Shown here piece after piece: positions 57,952 to 64,000 of a stretch of DNA of 64,000 nucleotides; the stretch's first letter is position 1, and every line of letters starts with the position of its first letter. A model generated the notes under the pieces. It had not been told where the DNA came from, ran no database searches, and saw only the letters and a list, made by a program, of their open reading frames with translations. The stretch is from Alphaproteobacteria bacterium (GTDB taxonomy: Bacteria > Pseudomonadota > Alphaproteobacteria > UBA6615). Position numbers and translations under genes: made by a program. The stretch is taken from the NCBI GenBank assembly GCA_009691025.1, contig SHWB01000002.1:8300-72299 (forward strand). The letters are read 5' to 3'.

Positions 57952-57959
57952 GGCGGCGA

Positions 57960-58832
57960 TCAGTCGGTGCGCGCCATTGGCGTCGGGTAGCCGCCGAGCC
58001 GATGGATAGCCGTCGCGCCGATGCGTTCGCCGACCACCGCGAAGCGCGGGTCCGTGGCGACGATGAAGCCGGTGAGGTCGAGCATGTGCAGCCGCTCGTG
58101 CGCTCCCGGGCGGTCGAGCGAGATGTGCCCGGCGATAATGAATCCGGCATTGCGCAGCGCGCCCTGCATGCGCGCGCGGCTGGCGTCCTCGGCGCAGACG
58201 AGGACGATGAGGCTGTGGTCGTCGCCCGAGGCGTCGACATCGCCACGCGCGACGACGAAGGCGCCTTCGCTGCGCCCAGTAGTGCTGCCGAGGAAGGGCA
58301 GGCGCGCCACGATGCGTGGCGACTCTCCGCGCGTTGCGCCGAGGCCGCCGCCGATCAGCAGAGACGGCCACCACGGGTCCTGGTCGTCGTCCTGCGGCAG
58401 CGGCAGCAAGCCCACCGTGGCGCTGTCGCTGTCCTGGGCGACGGCGGTGATGACTTGGGCGGGAGAGCTGTGCGGCGTTACCGGCGTGACGGCGCCGAAA
58501 TGCTGGCGCACCATCTCGGCATCGACGCCATCCTCGCGGTCGCGCCAGACGGCGACCGTGAAATCGCCTTGCAGGCGCAGGGCGGCGGCCATCAGCTCGC
58601 GCCAGAAGAGCACGACGGTCGATGGCGGCAGCGGCCCGTGATGGCGGCCGACCAGCCGGCGCAGCAGCTGCGCCTCGCGGGCCGGCCGGTAGCTTGAGCC
58701 GCCGGCGCCGCCCTTGGCTTGGCCGATGCGGCGCACCACTTCGGCCCGCCGCATGACCAGGTCGTGCAGCGCGTCGTCGATGGTGTCGATCTCGCGCCGC
58801 AGCTCGTCGAGACTGCCGGAAACAATGGTCAT
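57960..58832 (-). CDS. Chorismate mutase family protein (CM_2 domain plus C-terminal ACT/PDT-like region)
   Basis: I start it at ATG 58832. MTIVSGSLDELRREIDTIDDALHDLVMRRAEVVRRIGQAK......RPAREAQLLRRL. Confidence 0.75.
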   Translation of the reverse strand: MTIVSGSLDELRREIDTIDDALHDLVMRRAEVVRRIGQAKGGAGGSSYRPAREAQLLRRLVGRHHGPLPPSTVVLFWRELMAAALRLQGDFTVAVWRDREDGVDAEMVRQHFGAVTPVTPHSSPAQVITAVAQDSDSATVGLLPLPQDDDQDPWWPSLLIGGGLGATRGESPRIVARLPFLGSTTGRSEGAFVVARGDVDASGDDHSLIVLVCAEDASRARMQGALRNAGFIIAGHISLDRPGAHERLHMLDLTGFIVATDPRFAVVGERIGATAIHRLGGYPTPMARTD

Positions 58833-59006
58833 ATGGGGATAGCCCGCGGGGGGGATTCTCGCGCGGCCTTGTAGCGCCGACACCGGCCGCTTGGCAAAGA
58901 AAACGTTGACACCATGGGGGGGTGACCATAGCTATGCGCGCTGCCACGGCGGGCGGTCGCCGGCGCCGGGCCGGACACGCCGCCGCACCGACGAGCGATT
59001 GCCGAT

Positions 59007-60215
59007 ATGTCCAGCGCAACTGGCGGAACCGTTCGCACGGGCGTGACCACGTCCGCCGCGCCGCTGACCGCGAATCCGCCCGGTCAGCGCACGGTCCTTG
59101 GCCGCGACGCCCCGTTGCGGCTGGCCTCCGGCGCGACGATAGGCCCGTTCAACGTCGCCTGGCAGACCTATGGTACGCTCGACGCGACGCGCTCCAACGC
59201 GATCCTCGTTTGCCACGCGCTCACCGGCGACCAGTTCGCCGCCGAGCCTCACCCCGTCACCGGCCGCCCGGGATGGTGGGATCTCGCCATCGGCCCCGGC
59301 CGGCCAATCGACACCGACCGCTACTTCGTTATCTGCGCCAATGTGCTGGGCGGCTGCATGGGCACGACCGGCCCGCGCGAGATCGACCCGGCCATCGGCG
59401 AGCCCTACGGGCTGACCTTTCCGGTAATTACCATCGGCGACATGGTGGCGGCGCAGAAGCTGCTGATCGACGCGCTGGGCATCGAGCGTCTGTTCTGCGT
59501 GCTCGGCGGCTCTATGGGTGCTATGCAGGTACTGGAATGGGCGGCGCGCTATCCCGAGCGCGTCTTCGCCGCCTGCGCCATCGCCGGCGCGGCGCGCCAC
59601 TCGGCACAGAACATCGCCTTCCACGAGGTCGGACGGCAGGCGATCATGGCCGATCCAGACTGGTGCGCTGGCGAGTATTTCCGCCACGGAAAGCGGCCTG
59701 CGCGCGGGCTGGCCGTTGCCCGCATGGCGGCCCACATCACCTATCTCTCGGACCGCGCGCTGCACCGCAAGTTTGGCCGCTCGCTGCAGGACCGGCAGGC
59801 CGTGACTTTCGGCTTCGACGCCGACTTCCAGGTCGAAAGCTACCTGCGCCACCAGGGCTCGACCTTCGTCGAGCGCTTCGACGCCAATTCCTACCTCTAC
59901 ATCACCCGCGCGATGGACTATTTCGACCTGGCGCAGGATCGCGGCGATGGCGTGCTGGCCAACGCCTTCAAAGCGTCACCGGTGCGCTTCTGCGTCGTCA
60001 GCTTCACCTCCGATTGGCTGTTCCCTACCGTCGAGTCGCGCACCATCGTGCACGCGCTGAACGCCGCTGCGGCGGCGGTCAGCTTCGTCGAGATCGAGAC
60101 AGACGCGGGCCACGACGCCTTCCTGCTCGACGAGCCGGAGTTCTTCCGCGTGCTGTCGGGCTTCCTTGGCGGCGCGGCAGAACTCGCCGGTATCGCGCGG
60201 CGGACGGTCGCATGA
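59007..60215 (+). CDS. metX: Homoserine O-acetyltransferase
   Basis: ..[12 protein letters not shown].......GWW....[23 protein letters not shown] and [17 protein letters not shown]. Confidence 0.92.
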   Translation: MSSATGGTVRTGVTTSAAPLTANPPGQRTVLGRDAPLRLASGATIGPFNVAWQTYGTLDATRSNAILVCHALTGDQFAAEPHPVTGRPGWWDLAIGPGRPIDTDRYFVICANVLGGCMGTTGPREIDPAIGEPYGLTFPVITIGDMVAAQKLLIDALGIERLFCVLGGSMGAMQVLEWAARYPERVFAACAIAGAARHSAQNIAFHEVGRQAIMADPDWCAGEYFRHGKRPARGLAVARMAAHITYLSDRALHRKFGRSLQDRQAVTFGFDADFQVESYLRHQGSTFVERFDANSYLYITRAMDYFDLAQDRGDGVLANAFKASPVRFCVVSFTSDWLFPTVESRTIVHALNAAAAAVSFVEIETDAGHDAFLLDEPEFFRVLSGFLGGAAELAGIARRTVA

Positions 60216-60847
60216 TGAACCGCACGCCCACGCCACGCACCGGCACCATCCGTACCGACCTCCAGCTCATCGCCGACATGGTCGTGCCGAGCTCGCGCGT
60301 GCTCGATATAGGCTGCGGCGACGGCACGCTGCTGTCCTACCTAGTCCATTTCAAGGGCGTCGACGGGCGCGGCATCGAACTGTCGCCGGCCGGCGTCAGC
60401 GAAGCCGTCGCGCATGGCCTGGCGGTGATCCAGGGCGATGCTGAATCGGTCGTCGCCGACTATCCGTCGGATGCGTTCGACTACGTTATCCTGTCGCGGC
60501 TGCTGCCGGCGATCTTCGACGTCCGCCCGATGCTGGCCGAGCTGCTGCGCATCGGCCGTAACGCCGTCGTCAGCTTTCCCAACTTCGCCTACTGGCGCCT
60601 GCGCGCGCAGCTGCTGGTCAACGGGCGGGCGCCGCATTCGCACATTCTAGACTCTCCCTGGTACTCGACGCAGAACATCCGGCTCGTCACCATCGCCGAC
60701 TTCCTCGCGCTGGCCAGCGAACTCGGCGTGCATGTCGAGCGTGCGGTGCTGATCGGCCGCGACGGAAGGGTGCGACGGGTCGCGCGGCCCGGCTGGTTCG
60801 ACAATCTGCGCGCCGAGCAGGCGGTGTTCCTCATTTCGCGGGACTGA
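60212..60847 (+). CDS. metW: Methionine biosynthesis protein MetW
   Basis: The ATG overlaps the metX stop. ..DL.LIA..V...SRVLD.GCGDG.LL..L......GRGIE and ..[12 protein letters not shown]...GR.P. Confidence 0.85.
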   Translation: MMNRTPTPRTGTIRTDLQLIADMVVPSSRVLDIGCGDGTLLSYLVHFKGVDGRGIELSPAGVSEAVAHGLAVIQGDAESVVADYPSDAFDYVILSRLLPAIFDVRPMLAELLRIGRNAVVSFPNFAYWRLRAQLLVNGRAPHSHILDSPWYSTQNIRLVTIADFLALASELGVHVERAVLIGRDGRVRRVARPGWFDNLRAEQAVFLISRD

Positions 60848-61601
60848 CCGGTCCCTCGCGCCCGGCCGCGATGCTGGCGGGCAAATAGCGCCGGCGCGCG
60901 CGCTCGCCGGCACCGATCGGCGCGGCGGCATAGACCTGCTTGCCGGCTTCGACCATCAGCACCCCGCCGAGCGGATGGAACCAGCGCGCGCCCAGCCGTT
61001 CCCACGCATAGGCGCCAGACAGCACGAATCTCCGCCGCGTCGGCGGCACGAACAGCGCGCGCCGCGCCGTCAGCGGCGCGAACATGGCGGCGCGCAGCGT
61101 GCGGTTGAGCTGCTCGAGCGAGTAGGGATGGCCGTGGCCGAAGGGCGTGTGATCGCTGCGCGCCCAGATCGAGCGCCGGTTGGGCACGATCGCGAGCATC
61201 CTGCCGCCATCGGCCAACACACGCCACAACTCGCGCAACATGGCCTGCGGCTGCGCCGCGTGCTCCAGCGCGTGAACCATCAGGATACGGTCTACCGAAA
61301 GGTCGGGCAGCGGCAGTTCACTCTCATGCGCCAGAGCCACCACATTGGGCTCGCGCACGGCGCTGGCCGACGGTGCGGCGGGCCAGGCGATCACGCCCAT
61401 CGGCGCCGGCATGATCGCCAGAGTGCGCGCCGCCTCCTCGTGGAATGGCCGCAGATACGGCGTGGCGTAGCCGATGCCGGCGATCGACATACCCGCCGTC
61501 TCGGGCCAGATGTCGCGCACCGAATGGCGCACTATGCGGCACACGGTCTGGCCGAGGCTGGTAGCGTAGAAATCGCGCTGGTCGACGACGTCGGGCCACA
61601 T
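60831..61601 (-). CDS. Class I SAM-dependent methyltransferase
   Basis: 256 aa. ..FY.T..G.......R......WPE..G....G.GYA.PYL and ..S.DRIL.VH.LE......ML.E.WRVL..GGR.L..VPNR. Its 3' end overlaps metW by 17 nt (convergent). Confidence 0.75.
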   Translation of the reverse strand: MWPDVVDQRDFYATSLGQTVCRIVRHSVRDIWPETAGMSIAGIGYATPYLRPFHEEAARTLAIMPAPMGVIAWPAAPSASAVREPNVVALAHESELPLPDLSVDRILMVHALEHAAQPQAMLRELWRVLADGGRMLAIVPNRRSIWARSDHTPFGHGHPYSLEQLNRTLRAAMFAPLTARRALFVPPTRRRFVLSGAYAWERLGARWFHPLGGVLMVEAGKQVYAAAPIGAGERARRRYLPASIAAGREGPVSPAK

Positions 61602-61741
61602 GGTGGCACGCTACCACGGTGGCGGCTGCATATGCGCGGGCGGCACAGGCACCATACCGGCGCCCGGCTTGGTATGCCGGGCCGTGCCCGCTAGGCTCGC
61701 GGGCCAACGCACTGAATCGGAAACAGGATCGGAAGCCGGCC

Positions 61742-62344
61742 ATGAAACTCTACTTCTCCGCCGCCTCGCCCTACGCGCGAAAGGCACGCGTTGTCGCCAT
61801 CGAGGCCGGGCTCGCCGCGAAGGTCGAGATGGTCGAGATCAACCCCTGGACCGATCCGGCCGGTTACCGCGACCTCAACCCGGTCGGCAAGGTGCCGACG
61901 CTGGTGTCGGACGACGGCACGGTGCTGTTCGAATCCACCATCGTCTGCCAGTACCTCGCCACCCAGGCGCCAGCGTCGGGCCTGCTTCCGGACGGCGCGG
62001 CGCGCTGGCAGGCGCTGCGCCTCGACGCCATCGCCACCGGCATGCTCGACGCCTCGGTCAATGCCCGCGTCGAGACGCTGTTCCACGAGGGCGACAAGCT
62101 CTCCCAGAAATTCGTCGACCGCCAGGTATGGTCGGTCAACACCGCGCTCGACTTACTGGAGCGCGAGGCTTCGGCGCTCGACGGCAAGGTGACGCTGGGC
62201 CAGATTGGCGTCGGTTGTGCGCTGGCCTACCGCGATTTCCGCTTCGCTGCCGACGATTGGCGCAAGGGCAGGCCGAAGCTCGCGGCGTGGTTTGCCAAAT
62301 TCGCCGAGCGCCCGTCGATGCAGCAGACCAGACCGCCGGCATGA
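61742..62344 (+). CDS. Glutathione S-transferase family protein
   Basis: MKLYFSAASPYARKARV..IE.GL...VE.V......DP......NP.GKVPTL..DDG.VLFES..I..YL. Confidence 0.8.
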   Translation: MKLYFSAASPYARKARVVAIEAGLAAKVEMVEINPWTDPAGYRDLNPVGKVPTLVSDDGTVLFESTIVCQYLATQAPASGLLPDGAARWQALRLDAIATGMLDASVNARVETLFHEGDKLSQKFVDRQVWSVNTALDLLEREASALDGKVTLGQIGVGCALAYRDFRFAADDWRKGRPKLAAWFAKFAERPSMQQTRPPA

Positions 62345-62790
62345 GTTCGTCGGCGCCGGCCGCCATCCTAGACGCGGCGGGCGTCGTCCGCCTGCTCGGC
62401 CTCGCCCTGCATCCGGAAGGCGGGCATTATCACGAGATCTACCGCGAGGGCGACGGGTCGCGACGGGCCGCCGCCACCGCCATCTACTACCTGCTGGCCG
62501 CCGTTGAGCGCTCGGCCTGGCACCGGGTGCGCGACGCAGTCGAGATCTGGCACTGGTATGCCGGCGCGGCGCTGGCGCTGAGCGTTTGCGACGGCGTCGG
62601 GCCGGCCATCCTCCATCGCCGCGGCAACGGAATCGCGGCGGGCGAGCGGCCGCAGGCGGTGGTGCCGGTCGATGCCTGGCAGTCGGCCGTCAGCCTCGGC
62701 GCTTGGTCGCTGGTCGGCTGCACCGTGTCGCCGGGCTTCGAGTTCGCGTCCTTCGAAATGGCGCCTTCCGGTTGGTCGCCGCCCGGCTAG
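62341..62790 (+). CDS. Cupin-fold protein (DUF985)
   Basis: The ATG overlaps the GST stop. ..L.LHPEGGHY.E.YR......R...TAIYYLL.....S.WHRV..D.VEIWHWY.G..L.L and ..LVGCTV.PGF.F..FE. Confidence 0.75.
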   Translation: MSSSAPAAILDAAGVVRLLGLALHPEGGHYHEIYREGDGSRRAAATAIYYLLAAVERSAWHRVRDAVEIWHWYAGAALALSVCDGVGPAILHRRGNGIAAGERPQAVVPVDAWQSAVSLGAWSLVGCTVSPGFEFASFEMAPSGWSPPG

Positions 62791-62797
62791 GGCGCCT

Positions 62798-63442
62798 TCA
62801 CAGCATCAGCTGGGCGGTGATCAGCGCCCACGCGGCGAAGGCGGTGAGTATCGCCGCCGAAATGTAGCGCATCCAGCTACCGTTACCGCTGCCGCCGTCG
62901 ACCATCGGCCGTAACAAGTTGGCGCCGAGCGCGATGGCTAGCCACCAGACCAGCGAGCCTATGAACACCCCGCCGACCAGCGCCACGGCGCGGGCCTTCG
63001 TCTCGATCAGGTTGGTCAGGCCGAAGGTCGCCAGCAGCGAGGCGAAGGTTATCAACGTCACAGGGTTGGTGATGGTCAGCGCGAAGGCCGATGCGAAATC
63101 GCGGGCGAGGCTGCCCGTATGCACACGGCCGCGCACGATGGGCGCGGTCGTGTGCTGCCGGCCGAACACGGTACGCGCGGCGAGGGCGAGCAGAACAATG
63201 CTACCAAAGGCGCGCAGGCCGATTTTGTGCTCGTCGACCCAGATGGCCACGGCGCTGATGCCGAAGGCGGCGACGATGCCATAGATGGCGTCGCCGACCG
63301 CGGCTCCGAGTCCGGACAGCAGGCCGTGCAGCCGGCCTTCCGACAGGGTGCGCTGGATGCACAGGATGCCGACCGGGCCCGCCGGGGCGGCGAGGATGAG
63401 CCCGAACACCAGGCCGTTCAGGAAAATGCTGGCGGTCAGCAA
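62798..63442 (-). CDS. LysE-family amino-acid translocator
   Basis: 214 aa with a TTG start. ..FL.G...G...A.P.GP......RTL..GR..G...GLGAA.GD with six TM helices. Confidence 0.8.
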   Translation of the reverse strand: MLTASIFLNGLVFGLILAAPAGPVGILCIQRTLSEGRLHGLLSGLGAAVGDAIYGIVAAFGISAVAIWVDEHKIGLRAFGSIVLLALAARTVFGRQHTTAPIVRGRVHTGSLARDFASAFALTITNPVTLITFASLLATFGLTNLIETKARAVALVGGVFIGSLVWWLAIALGANLLRPMVDGGSGNGSWMRYISAAILTAFAAWALITAQLML

Positions 63443-63541
63443 GGGTCGGGCGACGGCTCTGTGGCGTTTCCTTTGGCACCGCGGCGCGGCGCCGAAAGTT
63501 CATATCAGAAAGGCCGCGCGGCGCAAAACGCCGCAGGTCGG

Positions 63542-64000
63542 TCAGGTGCGCAGGCCGCGGGCGGCGAAAGCGCGTGGCGGCCGCAGCAGGGCGTCCTGGG
63601 CGGCGACCAGCGCCAGTTCGCGCGCCCCGGCGGCATGGGTGGCGGCCAAGATGGCGAAGACCCGCGCGGCGGTGCTGGCCAGCGAGGTGCCCGGCGGCTC
63701 GGCCGGGTGCAGCAGGCGCTGGGCGAGGAACAGCGCCGACGTGAGGTCGCCGGCGCCGTTCGGCGGCCGCTCGAAGGCGAGGCGCGGCGTCACCACCAGC
63801 CAGGCGGCATCGGCCGTCACGGCCAGCATGGCGATCGAATCCGGTCGCATGCCGGCGGCGGCGATGCTGGTGACGACGGCGAGGCCAGGCCGCCCGCCCG
63901 CGCTACGGCCGAGCAGCCCGCGCGCGGCGCCAACGATGTCGGCCACGGGGGCGCCGGCCAGGCTGCCCTGGGCACGGCCGCCGAGCAATTCCAGCTCGAA
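63542..64000 (-). CDS. pdxY: Pyridoxal kinase (PdxY/PdxK family), C-terminal part (5' end outside window)
   Basis: The ORF runs off the right edge. ..PNGAGDLTSALFLAQRL.. is the ribokinase-superfamily GxGD anion-hole motif typical of PdxY. Confidence 0.7.
   Translation of the reverse strand, partial: FELELLGGRAQGSLAGAPVADIVGAARGLLGRSAGGRPGLAVVTSIAAAGMRPDSIAMLAVTADAAWLVVTPRLAFERPPNGAGDLTSALFLAQRLLHPAEPPGTSLASTAARVFAILAATHAAGARELALVAAQDALLRPPRAFAARGLRT

Overview
By eye this is GC-rich DNA, roughly two-thirds G+C or more (not computed). Gene content and synteny fit a chromosomal core region of an alphaproteobacterium, most likely Hyphomicrobiales/Rhizobiales: rpmE, hsp20, ctaA, korAB, etfBA-hbd, argH-lysA, ftsEX, class I lysK, chorismate mutase-hisC-tyrC, metXW and cspA. 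I support about 75 protein-coding loci. I found no rRNA, tRNA, CRISPR array, transposase, integrase or prophage module, and no convincing novel multi-gene defence or biosynthetic system. The main second-look signal is a high density of broken genes. Eight or nine loci carry in-frame stops and/or 1-nt frame switches: a Rieske ferredoxin, an amidohydrolase, two tandem OmpA-family lipoproteins, a Crp/Fnr regulator, cpdR, B12-dependent nrdJ, a class IV aminotransferase and possibly the tail of def. Long neighbouring genes of 600-940 codons are intact, so the damage is gene-specific. Of the 13 clear in-frame stops, 10 are TAG (11 of 14 if the def tail TAG is counted). I considered amber recoding and rejected it in favour of ordinary pseudogenisation or consensus errors. 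Three families of short palindromic MITE/REP-like repeats are present. Families A and B sit only in convergent (3'-3') intergenic gaps. Smaller items are a sigma32-type promoter with a ROSE-like thermometer before hsp20, a weak SAM-II-like candidate before metX, two type II toxin-antitoxin pairs, and a korAB-FprA redox module. All calls come from reading the sequence and ORF translations and from recalled family signatures. No database search was run, so start codons and family names need confirmation.
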